Origin: Burkholderiales bacterium
GTDB taxonomy: Bacteria; Pseudomonadota; Gammaproteobacteria; Burkholderiales; CAIKXV01
Assembly (NCBI GenBank): GCA_044351195.1
Contig: JBILGF010000001.1
Coordinates: 1-27,053, forward strand
DNA: 27,053 nt
Reading direction: 5' to 3'
A program made the translations under genes and the position numbers. The notes under the pieces were generated by a model. It ran no database searches. It saw nothing but the letters and a program-made list of their open reading frames with translations, and was not told the DNA's origin. This document shows, piece after piece, positions 1 to 8,267 of this stretch (its first letter is position 1; each line of letters starts with the position of its first letter).

Positions 1-84
1 GGCAAGGTGCTGGGGCAGTTGATCCGCTCGGAACTCGCCCGCTTCGGCCAGGTGATCCAGCAGGCGAAGATCAAGCTCGACTGA
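1..84 (+). CDS. Bug/TctC family substrate-binding protein, C-terminal fragment (5' partial)
   Basis: Frame 1 reads GKVLGQLIRSELARFGQVIQQAKIKLD*, matching the C-terminal helix of the other Bug paralogs here; TGA at 82-84. Confidence 0.8.
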   Translation, partial: GKVLGQLIRSELARFGQVIQQAKIKLD

Positions 85-101
85 TGCTACGGAGGAAGGC
101 A

Positions 102-584
102 ATGGCACTCGATCACGAACACTTCATGGACATCGCGCTCGAACTGTCGCGCGAGGCCGGCGCGCAGGGCAACCGCCCGCTCGGCTCGCTGATCGTCGAT
201 GGCGAAGGCAACATCCTCGCGCGCGGCGGCAACCGGGTCTATTCCGATTCCGACCCTACCGCCCATGGCGAGATGGTGGTGATCCGCGAGGTCTGCGATG
301 CGCAGAAGCGCGTCGAACTGTCCGACTGCACGCTCTACACGGCGATGGAACCTTGCCCGATGTGCTGCTGGGCGATCCTCGAGGCGCAGGTCGGCTGCCT
401 GGTAATCGGGGGGCGCCATGCCGGCATCGGCCGCAAGGACGTCGGCCGCTACAGTGTCGAGACGCTGCTCGAACTCACCGGCCGCAGCCTGAACTTCGTC
501 ACCGGCGTGCGCACGAAGGAGTGCCAGGACCTCAGGCTCGCCTGGATCGCCGAGCGCGCCTCGCGCGGCCTCGGTCCGCGATAG
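102..584 (+). CDS. Zn-dependent nucleoside/nucleobase deaminase (cytidine deaminase fold)
   Basis: Motifs DPTAHGE and EPCPMCC (HxE...PCxxC). Start set to ATG 102 after GGAGG at 91-95; the track start at 84 (TGATG overlap) is an alternative. Confidence 0.9.
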   Translation: MALDHEHFMDIALELSREAGAQGNRPLGSLIVDGEGNILARGGNRVYSDSDPTAHGEMVVIREVCDAQKRVELSDCTLYTAMEPCPMCCWAILEAQVGCLVIGGRHAGIGRKDVGRYSVETLLELTGRSLNFVTGVRTKECQDLRLAWIAERASRGLGPR

Positions 585-594
585 AGAGGGGCGC

Positions 595-1593
595 ATGCGC
601 GAACCGTCGGGAGTACACAGGGGTGGCCTGCTTGCGGCCGCAGGCGTGATGATGGCTGTTGCGATGCCCGGCCTGTCACAGGCCCGGTCGCCTGCGGCGT
701 ATCCGGTGAAGCAGGTGCGCATGCTGGTCGGCTTCGCTCCGGGCGGCTTCACCGACGTGATGGCGCGTGCGATCGCCGGGAAGCTCTCGGAGGCCTGGGA
801 CCAGCAGGTGGTGGTCGACAACCGACCCGGCGCCAGCACCACCATCGCGACCGACATCGTGGCGAAGGCACCGGCCGACGGCTACACGCTGCTGATGATG
901 ACCGACAATTTCGTCACCAACCCCAGCCTGCTGTCGAAGCTGCCCTACGACTCCGAGCGCGACTTCGCGCCGGTGACGCTCGCTGCGATCGCGCCGTTCC
1001 TGCTGGTGGTGCATCCGTCGCTTCCAGTGAAGTCGGTCAAGGAACTCGTGGCGCTCGCGCGCAAGCGCCCTGGCGAACTGAGTTACGGTTCCGGCGGTAT
1101 CGGTTCACCGGGGCATCTGTCCGGGGAGCTGTTCGGCACGCTGGCAGGGGTCAGCATGGTGCATGTCGCGTACAAGGGTGCTGCACCTGCATTGATCGAT
1201 GCGATGTCCGGGCAGATCCAGGTCTATTTCGGGAACCTGCCGGTCACGCTGCCGCATGCGGCGTCCGGCAAGCTGCGGTCGCTCGCGGTCACCTCGCCCA
1301 GGCGCACGCCGGCGGTGCCCGAGATCCCGACGGTGGCCGAAGCCGGCGTGCCTGGCTTCGAGCTGAGCCCCTGGTATGGCGTGATGACGCGGGCAGGCGT
1401 ACCCGAACCGATCCTCGATCGTATCGAGGCGGACACCGTGCGCGCACTGCGTGACCCCGAGATGCGTGCACGCATCCTGAAGATGGGTGGCGAGCCCGCA
1501 GGCACCGCACGGGCCGAGTTCGCGGCTTTCCTGAAATCGGAGAGCGTGAAGTGGGGCCGGCTGGTGAAGGCTTCGGGCGCGAAGGCGGAGTGA
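595..1593 (+). CDS. Bug/TctC family tripartite tricarboxylate transporter substrate-binding protein
   Basis: Signal peptide, VGFAPGGFTD, VDNRPGA, APADGYTLL, YKGAAPA, WYGV motifs; C-terminus LVKASGAKAE. Confidence 0.95.
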   Translation: MREPSGVHRGGLLAAAGVMMAVAMPGLSQARSPAAYPVKQVRMLVGFAPGGFTDVMARAIAGKLSEAWDQQVVVDNRPGASTTIATDIVAKAPADGYTLLMMTDNFVTNPSLLSKLPYDSERDFAPVTLAAIAPFLLVVHPSLPVKSVKELVALARKRPGELSYGSGGIGSPGHLSGELFGTLAGVSMVHVAYKGAAPALIDAMSGQIQVYFGNLPVTLPHAASGKLRSLAVTSPRRTPAVPEIPTVAEAGVPGFELSPWYGVMTRAGVPEPILDRIEADTVRALRDPEMRARILKMGGEPAGTARAEFAAFLKSESVKWGRLVKASGAKAE

Positions 1594-1609
1594 TCCGGTC
1601 CTGAGGCGG

Positions 1610-1640
1610 CAGCGAGGCTCGAGGTGGATGCCTCGCGCTG
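1610..1640 (+). terminator. GC hairpin after Bug stop (no U-tract)
   Basis: GCGAGGC/GCCTCGC stem extended by CAGC/GCTG with a bulge, 17 nt after the stop at 1593. Confidence 0.3.
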
Positions 1641-1663
1641 CGGGTCGATCGCTGCAAGGTGAT

Positions 1664-1702
1664 GATCCGGTGGTCAAACAGTCGGGCATACGGCCCGAGT
1701 GA
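1664..1702 (+). pseudogene. Possible remnant of a Bug/TctC C-terminus
   Basis: Reads DPVVKQSGIRPE*; compare LVKAVGIKPE*, VVREAGIQPD*, LVKASGAKAE* in intact paralogs. The in-frame upstream sequence is not Bug-like. Confidence 0.4.
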
Positions 1703-1932
1703 GCGGCCTGTCATGTCGAGGCCAGGGACGGAGCGGTCGGCGGGCTTTCACCTGGTACTCCAGCGAATGGTGACGCCGCTGATGCGTTCGCTGCTCGACT
1801 GACCCAGGGCGCAGCCTTCACCCGATCCGGAGCAGATCCACGGTTGCCCGTTAAACTCCGCCCCGACCATCGCTCCGGGCCCGTGAACGCTGCATGCCCG
1901 GTCCGCTCTGCCATCGACCGAGGACGCACGCC

Positions 1933-3330
1933 ATGGCCCATGACGCCAGCAGCGACAACCGCCATACCCGAGGCATCGCCGAGTTCGTCTCCGGGCTGCG
2001 CTACGAGGCGATTCCGCCCGAGGTCGTGGCTCGGATCAAGCTGCTGATGCTCGATTCGCTCGGCTGCGCGCTCTATGGCGCCGACCTCGAATGGAGCCGC
2101 ATCCTGCAGCGCACGCTGTCGGGCGTGGACTCGACGCGGACCTGCCCGGTCTGGGGTACCGGGGTGCGCCTGTCGGCGCCGCATGCAGCGCTGGTCAATG
2201 GCACCCAGGTGCAGGGGTTCGAGCTGGACGACGTGCACCGCGCCGGCGTGCTGCATGTCGGCGCGGTCGTGCTGCCGGCGCTGATCGCCGTCGCGCAGAT
2301 GCGCCCGGGGATGACCGGGCGCGAGTTCCTCACCGCAGCGGTCGCGGGCTACGAGATCGGCCCACGGGTCGGCTTGTGCATGGGGCCCGAGCATATCGCG
2401 CAGGGCTGGCATTCCGGCGCGACGCTGGGCGTGTTCTCGGCGGCGGCCGGTGCGGCGCGCGGGCTCGGGCTGGACGCCGAGCGCACGGTACACGCGCTGG
2501 GCATCGCCGGTACCCAGTCTGCAGGGCTGATGGCGGCGCAGTACGGTGCGATGGTCAAGCGCATGCACGCCGGGCGCTCCTCGCAGAGCGGCCTTTACGG
2601 CGCACTGCTCGCCCGCGATGGGTTGACCGGCATCGTCAACGTGCTGGAGAGCGAGTACGGCGGTTTCTGCACCACGTTCTCCCGTTCGACCGACCGTTTC
2701 AAGCTGGCGGAGCTGACCGCGGGGTTCGGTTCCGTCTGGCAGACCATGGGCGTGGCGCTGAAGTTCTATTCCTGCGTCGGCAGCAACCACACCACGCTCG
2801 ATGCGATCCGCGACATGCAGGCCGAGCGGCCGTTCGGTGCCGAGGAGGTCGAGCGCGTCGTGGTACATGGTTCGCAGGTCACCATGGACCATGTCGGCTG
2901 GTCCTACGTGCCGCAGGGCCTCACGTCGGCCCAGCTCAACCTGCCGTACTGCGTGGCAACCTGGCTGATCGAGGGCGACTGCTTCGTGGACCAGTTCACC
3001 GAGGCCAGGGTGGCGGATCCCGAGCGCATGCGCGTCGCGCAGAGGGTGTCCGTCCGGCACGACGACGAGATCACCGCCAAGGGTGCAAGGTATCGCCACG
3101 AGGTGCGCGTGGAGTTGTGGCTGAAGGATGGCACCCGGTTCGAGCGCCGGGTCGAGTCGGCGCGCGGCAGCGAGTATCGCTTCGCCAGCGACGCCGACGT
3201 CATCGACAAGTTCGAGAAGCTCGCCTGCAAGGCCCTGTCGCCAGCCCGAGTGGCTGAGTTGCGCGACACGATCCTCGGCCTGGACCGACTGGACGACGCC
3301 TCGACCCTCTGTGAGTACCTTGTGCCGTAG
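1933..3330 (+). CDS. MmgE/PrpD family protein
   Basis: LDSLGCALYG, NGTQVQGFELDDVH, HVGAVVLPA, KRMHAG, CVGSNHTT motifs; ATG 1933 preceded by GAGGA. Confidence 0.93.
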   Translation: MAHDASSDNRHTRGIAEFVSGLRYEAIPPEVVARIKLLMLDSLGCALYGADLEWSRILQRTLSGVDSTRTCPVWGTGVRLSAPHAALVNGTQVQGFELDDVHRAGVLHVGAVVLPALIAVAQMRPGMTGREFLTAAVAGYEIGPRVGLCMGPEHIAQGWHSGATLGVFSAAAGAARGLGLDAERTVHALGIAGTQSAGLMAAQYGAMVKRMHAGRSSQSGLYGALLARDGLTGIVNVLESEYGGFCTTFSRSTDRFKLAELTAGFGSVWQTMGVALKFYSCVGSNHTTLDAIRDMQAERPFGAEEVERVVVHGSQVTMDHVGWSYVPQGLTSAQLNLPYCVATWLIEGDCFVDQFTEARVADPERMRVAQRVSVRHDDEITAKGARYRHEVRVELWLKDGTRFERRVESARGSEYRFASDADVIDKFEKLACKALSPARVAELRDTILGLDRLDDASTLCEYLVP

Positions 3331-3349
3331 CGCGAGACGAGGGCCTGGC

Positions 3350-3385
3350 GGATCGGAGTCTGACCCTGATCCAGCCCCGATTTGC
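3350..3385. repeat. Degenerate REP-like palindromic element
   Basis: GAGTCTGACCC (3356-3366) inside GGATC...GATCC, followed by CCCCGATTTGC; resembles GGTCTGACCCCGATTGC at 15244-15260. Lies between convergent genes. Confidence 0.45.
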
Positions 3386-3388
3386 TGA

Positions 3389-4366
3389 TCAGTCGGGCTG
3401 GATCCCGGCTTCACGTACGACCTTCTGCCAGCGCGCGAGCTCGGTCTGGATATGCGTCGCGAACTGCTGGGGTGTCCCGCCGACGGGCACGGCGCCGTCA
3501 GTGAGCAGTTGCTCACGCATCTGCGGCAGCTTCACGATGCGGCCCAGTTCAGCGGCCAGTCGGTCGATCACCGGCACCGGCGTGCCGGCCGGGACGACCA
3601 CGCCGTACCAGGACGCGGTCTCGTAGCCGGCGAGCCCACCCTCGGCGATGGTCGGCAGGCCCGGTGTCACCGGCGAGCGCGAGGCACCGGTGGTGGCCAG
3701 TCCGCGCACCTTGCCCGAGTTCACATGCGGCAGGATCGCGACGATGCTGCTGAACATCACCTCGACGCGCCCGCCGAGCAGGTCGGCCAGTGCAGGCGCG
3801 AACCCCTTGTACGGGACGTGTTCCATCTTCACCCGCGCGAGCGTGGCGAACAGCTCGGCCGCCATGTGCGACGAGCTGCCGCGGCCGTTGGACGAGTAAT
3901 TCAGCTCGCCTGGCCGCGTGCGGGCCAGTGCGACCAGGTCCTTCACCGACTTCACCGGCAGTGATGGGTGCACCACCAGGATCAGCGGCGCAATCGCCAG
4001 CAGACTGACTGGCGCGAAATCGCGCACAGGGTGATACGGGAGCTTGCGCGCGAACGCCGGGTTTATCCCGTGCGAGGCGACGCCGGCGAGAAACAGCGTA
4101 TAGCCGTCGGCCGGCGCCCGCGCCGCGAGATCGGCCCCGATGGTGCCGCCCGCGCCAGGGCGGTTGTCGATCACCACCTGCTGGCCGAGCGATTCGGCCA
4201 GCCGCTGCCCGACCGAGCGGGCTACGGTGTCGTTGCCGCCCCCCGGCGGAAACGGGACGATCCAGCGCAGCGGCTTGGTCGGCCACGACTGGGCCAGGGT
4301 GGTTGCCGGGTGGGCGAAGCCCAGCGCGGCGATTGCAGCCAGCAGGGAGGAAAAGCGTCGAATCAT
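3389..4366 (-). CDS. Bug/TctC family substrate-binding protein
   Basis: MIRRFSSLLAAIAALG signal, VPFPPGGGND, IDNRPGAGG, VPYKG, SWYGVV; start trimmed from 4582 to ATG 4366. Confidence 0.95.
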   Translation of the reverse strand: MIRRFSSLLAAIAALGFAHPATTLAQSWPTKPLRWIVPFPPGGGNDTVARSVGQRLAESLGQQVVIDNRPGAGGTIGADLAARAPADGYTLFLAGVASHGINPAFARKLPYHPVRDFAPVSLLAIAPLILVVHPSLPVKSVKDLVALARTRPGELNYSSNGRGSSSHMAAELFATLARVKMEHVPYKGFAPALADLLGGRVEVMFSSIVAILPHVNSGKVRGLATTGASRSPVTPGLPTIAEGGLAGYETASWYGVVVPAGTPVPVIDRLAAELGRIVKLPQMREQLLTDGAVPVGGTPQQFATHIQTELARWQKVVREAGIQPD

Positions 4367-4466
4367 GTTCGGTCCAATCGTGTACGGTCGCAGGTGACAG
4401 CGGATTCCATGTGCCGACATGATGCGGCAATCGTCGTCAGCTCGCCACGCTGTGACGTCGTCGCCT

Positions 4467-5654
4467 TCACCCGATCGCGAGGAACCCCATCGGATGCTTC
4501 TGCAGCGGCCGCACGCCGTCGCGCTCGACCACCACCAGGTTTCCGGCCTGCACCGCGCGCCGTCCGTCGGGCGACACGACATGTGGTTGCACGACCAGCA
4601 GCATGCCCTCGGCGAAGGTCACTGGCCTGAGTTCGCGCTTGATCACGGCCGAGGGAAGGTCGACGCGCGGGTCTTCGATCTGCAGGCCCCAGCCATGCAG
4701 CAGCACGTCGAACGTGCGGCAGTCTTCATGCTCGAGGAACTCGGCAGCGGCACGCACATCGGCGTCCGTCGCGCCGGGACGCAGCACGTCGACGATCCTG
4801 TCGTACGCCCGGTTCGCCAGCTCGAACAGGCGCAGGTATTCCGCCGTGGGCGCGCAGCCGATCGCATACGGTCGCTGGATCTGTCCCGAGCAGCCCCACC
4901 AGCCGGCGCTGATCTCGGTGAGCAGTACGTCGCCCTTCGCGAGGGGACGCTGCGACGGATACTGCCAGGGGAAGATCAGCTCGGGATCGTCCATCGGCGT
5001 GGCGCCCACGAACTGCAGGCGAAGCGTGCCCCCCTCGGGCAGTACTGCTTCATGCAGTATCGCTGACAGCCGGTACTCTGGCATGCCGATGCGTACTTCG
5101 CGCTCGAGGGCTTCCATCGCCCGGTCGGTCAGTTCACCGCCGCGCTCGAACCACGCGATCTCCTCGGGGCTCTTGATCAGGCGCGCACGCGCGAACACCT
5201 CGGTCGCATCGACGAACTCCACCTCGGGCAACTTCGCACGCAGCACGTCGAAATGGTGCGAGGGCATCGATGCGCGCCCGACGTTGCGTACCGCGGCCAC
5301 GCCGACGCGGCCGCGGGTGACGCCCATGTCGGCAAGGCACTGCGCAAGCACCTCGCCCGGGGCGAGGCCCTGCACCCGAAACTCGACTGGCCGTGCGGCG
5401 CGCTGCGCGGTGTGCAGGTAGAGCTGGTTGCTCACCAGCAGCACCGGCGCTACGCTGGCTGTCATGACGACATAGGCTGGGTACGGATCCCACCAGTTCG
5501 TGAGCCAGGCGACGTTGGCCTGGTTGGCGCCGCGCGAGCCGGCGTCGCCGACGGCGATCACGGCGTCGAGGCCGGCCGCAGCGATTTCCTGCTGCACCAC
5601 CGCTTCGCGCCGCGCGTACTCGGCATCGGAGAATCTCGGGAAGATCGGGTCCAT
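4467..5654 (-). CDS. M24 (Xaa-Pro peptidase/creatinase) fold protein lacking most metal ligands
   Basis: Creatinase-type N-terminus (FSDAEYARR), RLIKSPEEIAW linker, HGWGL motif; GGAGG RBS upstream on the minus strand. Confidence 0.88.
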   Translation of the reverse strand: MDPIFPRFSDAEYARREAVVQQEIAAAGLDAVIAVGDAGSRGANQANVAWLTNWWDPYPAYVVMTASVAPVLLVSNQLYLHTAQRAARPVEFRVQGLAPGEVLAQCLADMGVTRGRVGVAAVRNVGRASMPSHHFDVLRAKLPEVEFVDATEVFARARLIKSPEEIAWFERGGELTDRAMEALEREVRIGMPEYRLSAILHEAVLPEGGTLRLQFVGATPMDDPELIFPWQYPSQRPLAKGDVLLTEISAGWWGCSGQIQRPYAIGCAPTAEYLRLFELANRAYDRIVDVLRPGATDADVRAAAEFLEHEDCRTFDVLLHGWGLQIEDPRVDLPSAVIKRELRPVTFAEGMLLVVQPHVVSPDGRRAVQAGNLVVVERDGVRPLQKHPMGFLAIG

Positions 5655-5724
5655 GTCGCATAGCCTCCAGTTGAATCAACCTGAAGAAAGCCGGTCAGAC
5701 GGCCACCCTCGAGGAGAGAGTTCG

Positions 5725-6708
5725 ATGAGCACAGCGTCATTTCGCATACGCATTGCCCTGGGCACTGCAGTACTGCTCGGCACCGCACCGGCCGCATCGC
5801 TCGCGCAGGCCTGGCCTGCCAAGCCCGTGAGGGTCATTGTCCCGTTCGCAGGCGGCGGACCGATCGACGCGGTCGCGCGTCCGGTGATGGAGAAGGTCGG
5901 TGCGGCGATCGGCCAGCCGATGGTGTTCGAATCACGCCCCGGTGCCAGTGGCACTATCGGCTCGGACATTGTCGCGCGATCGCCGCGCGACGGCTACACG
6001 CTGCTGTTCACCACCGGCTCGCATACGTCGAACGCGGTCTATCTGAAGAAGCTGCCGTACGACCCGATCGCCGACTTCCTGCCGGTATCGCAGGTGGCGC
6101 GCGCCTTCGGGCAGGTGCTGGTGGTACATCCGGCGATGCCGGTGAAGTCCGTGAAGGACCTGATCGCGCTGGCGAAGGCGCGCAAGGAACGGCTCAACTA
6201 TGCATCCGCGGGCGTGGGCAATGCGACCCACATCGCGGGCGAGCTGTTCATGGCCGGTGCCGGCATCAGCCTGGTGCACGTGACCTACAAGGGTGGCGGC
6301 CCGGCACTCACCGATGTGCTCGGTGGCCATGTCGAGATCATGTTTCCCAGCGTGACCCAGGCGCTGCCGCACATCCAGGCAGGCCGGTTGCGGCCACTGG
6401 TGCTCTCCGGCGCACGGCGTTCGCCGGTGCTGCCCGACGTGCCGACCTACCAGGAGGCCGGCCTGGGCGCAGTGGACTTCACCGGCTGGCACGCCACCTG
6501 GCTGCCGGTCGGTACGCCGACGGAGATCGCGCGCCGGCTGCAGGCAGAGATCGCGAAGGCCGTCTTGCATCCCGACGTGAAGACGGTGTTCGCCCAGCTC
6601 GGCGTCGAAGCCGTGGCGAGTACGCCGGAGGCTTTCGCGGAGTTCGTCAAGCGCGACCTCGAGGCTAACCGCGCGATCGCCTCCAAGGCCGGTATCCAAC
6701 CGCAGTAG
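5725..6708 (+). CDS. Bug/TctC family substrate-binding protein
   Basis: AQAWPAKPVRVIVPFAGGGPID, ESRPGASG, YKGGGPA; GAGGAG RBS at 5711-5716; start trimmed from 5500. Confidence 0.95.
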   Translation: MSTASFRIRIALGTAVLLGTAPAASLAQAWPAKPVRVIVPFAGGGPIDAVARPVMEKVGAAIGQPMVFESRPGASGTIGSDIVARSPRDGYTLLFTTGSHTSNAVYLKKLPYDPIADFLPVSQVARAFGQVLVVHPAMPVKSVKDLIALAKARKERLNYASAGVGNATHIAGELFMAGAGISLVHVTYKGGGPALTDVLGGHVEIMFPSVTQALPHIQAGRLRPLVLSGARRSPVLPDVPTYQEAGLGAVDFTGWHATWLPVGTPTEIARRLQAEIAKAVLHPDVKTVFAQLGVEAVASTPEAFAEFVKRDLEANRAIASKAGIQPQ

Positions 6709-6754
6709 GAGGCTCGTGCGGCAGTGGGCGCGGGAGCCTCCTGCGGCCACTGCC
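6707..6754. terminator. Hairpin(s) between convergent genes
   Basis: AGGAGGCTC (6707-15)/GAGCCTCCT (6734-42) and GGCAGTGG (6720-27)/CCACTGCC (6747-54); no U-tract. Confidence 0.45.
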
Positions 6755-6760
6755 TGGCGG

Positions 6761-7930
6761 TCAGTCTCCGCCGGGATTAGCCCCGAGCTTCTCCGCTGCC
6801 CAGTCTGCCATCCAGTCCACGATCAGAGGCGTATTGTCTGCGCCGCAGTGCTCGGCTGCGCCATCGGCCAGCCGGAAGATCTTCAGCTCACGTCCCGGGC
6901 TGTTGATGGCGGCATCGTAGGTACGCTGCGCGTGCCACAGCGGCACCTGGCGGTCGTTCTCGCCGTGCACCACCAGCAGCGGGCAGGTGATCCGGTCTGC
7001 GACGCCCTCGAGGGTCATCTGCCCAACGACCTTGAGCGTGTCTTCGATGTTGTCGCAGCCGAATACCCAGTTCACATGCTCGGCATAGCCCGGCACCGAA
7101 GGCTCGCCCTTGCCGCCGATGCGGTCGGCGACCGTCTTGCCGTAGTCGAAGATTGCGCCCCAGGCGACCGCGCACCTGAAGCGCTTCTCGAAGGCAGCGG
7201 CCCGAGGCGCGTAGTAGCCCCCAAGCGAGATCGCCATCATGCCGATGCGGGACGCGTCGACGTCCGCGCGCGTCTCGAGGTAGTCGACGCAGGCCGCGGC
7301 GGGCTTTTCGGTGTCGGGGCCGCTTGGCAGGCCCTGTATGCGCAGCGCTTCGCCTGCCCCCGGATGATCGACGATGAGCATCGACATTCCGCGTCGCCGG
7401 AATTCCTCGCCGGTGGCCGCGTAGATGATCTCCTTGGTGACGTCGAGACCGTCGAAATGCACCATGCACGGCTTGGGTCCCGGCCCGGGTGCCCGCGAGA
7501 AGATCGCCTTCAGACGGTGCTCGCCGAAGGGTACTTCGACGAACTCGACTGGCTCCCGGCGCAGCACGAGCCCGCGGTGATAGGTCTCGAGCCCGCGCTT
7601 GTAGGCATCGAGCCGCCGAGGATCCCGATGGCTGGGCATGCGTTCGGCAAGCAGGAAGTAGATGCCTGCACGCAGGTACTTGCGTCCGGCCGACACCATC
7701 CGGCCCAGGGCTTCGTCGGCCTCGGCCTGACGGCGGACCCGCTCGGCCACCTTCATCCAGCTCTCGAACCATGCACGCTGCTGCGTCTGGTCGCCATGCA
7801 GCGCCTTGATGCCAGCCACTTCGCGCAATGGCCGGCAGGCCTCGTCGATCTCGGAGATCTGCCCGCCGCGGTTGATGGCGGACATCACGGCGAGACTCCA
7901 GGTGTAGTTATTCGGGAAGTACTCGAACAT
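6761..7930 (-). CDS. Alpha/beta hydrolase, 2,6-dihydropseudooxynicotine hydrolase/FrsA-like family
   Basis: MFEYFPNNYTWSL start, FDGLD, nucleophile elbow AISLGGYYAPRAAA, Asp in HGENDRQVP, His in AEHCGAD; start trimmed from 8290 to 7930. Confidence 0.92.
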   Translation of the reverse strand: MFEYFPNNYTWSLAVMSAINRGGQISEIDEACRPLREVAGIKALHGDQTQQRAWFESWMKVAERVRRQAEADEALGRMVSAGRKYLRAGIYFLLAERMPSHRDPRRLDAYKRGLETYHRGLVLRREPVEFVEVPFGEHRLKAIFSRAPGPGPKPCMVHFDGLDVTKEIIYAATGEEFRRRGMSMLIVDHPGAGEALRIQGLPSGPDTEKPAAACVDYLETRADVDASRIGMMAISLGGYYAPRAAAFEKRFRCAVAWGAIFDYGKTVADRIGGKGEPSVPGYAEHVNWVFGCDNIEDTLKVVGQMTLEGVADRITCPLLVVHGENDRQVPLWHAQRTYDAAINSPGRELKIFRLADGAAEHCGADNTPLIVDWMADWAAEKLGANPGGD

Positions 7931-8192
7931 TGCGGGCTCCAGTGGGTCCTGCCGGGCAGGCCTTGCATGTGGGCCGCACCATCGTACTCCGCCCGTGCGC
8001 GGTGCGTGTCCCGGGTGTTGCCGTGTTACGTACCGAACCGGATCGCGGCATCCTGCCATCAAGGAAGAAAACCTCCGGGAGGGTAACGCGCTCATCGCAT
8101 GGGCAAGTCGTACGATGGAACGCATCTGCATCCGTTGATTCGATCGCATGGCGCTCCGGGTTAGCATCGGGAACCGTGGGGCTCGACCGGAC

Positions 8193-8213
8193 ACATTCCT
8201 GCCTCTCGAATGT
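8193..8213. promoter_or_regulatory. Candidate operator (6-bp inverted repeat, 9-bp spacer)
   Basis: ACATTC-N9-GAATGT in the divergent hydrolase/cupin intergenic region. Confidence 0.25.
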
Positions 8214-8267
8214 CGAACCGTTCCAGTGCTGCGGCGTCTGGATCGAAACACCACCAGGGAGCCCGTG

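Noticed and set aside
1659-1802. 47-aa small ORF MMIRWSNSRAYGPSER...
   Set aside because: No recognisable motif, no clear RBS, no hydrophobic or signal character.
1852-1857. TAAACT as -10 for the MmgE/PrpD gene
   Set aside because: No -35 or extended TG motif; too weak to call.
1711-3516. 601-aa minus-strand ORF, and similar long ORFs 20396-22243, 23979-25997, 14135-15487, 6716-8086, 16312-17823
   Set aside because: Antisense or out-of-frame shadows of well-supported genes; Arg/Ala/Gly/Pro-rich with no motifs, expected at this GC content.
5671-5679. FNR-like TTGAATCAA, and CRP-like TGTGATCTCAC at 9908-9918
   Set aside because: Half-site spacing does not match TTGAT-N4-ATCAA or TGTGA-N6-TCACA.
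5691-5703. Third REP-like copy (CCGGTCAGACGG)
   Set aside because: Only the 7-8 nt core matches; not distinguishable from chance.
6706-6780. Stop-codon readthrough stimulated by the downstream structure
   Set aside because: The UAG is partly inside stem 1 and readthrough adds only ~24 featureless residues.
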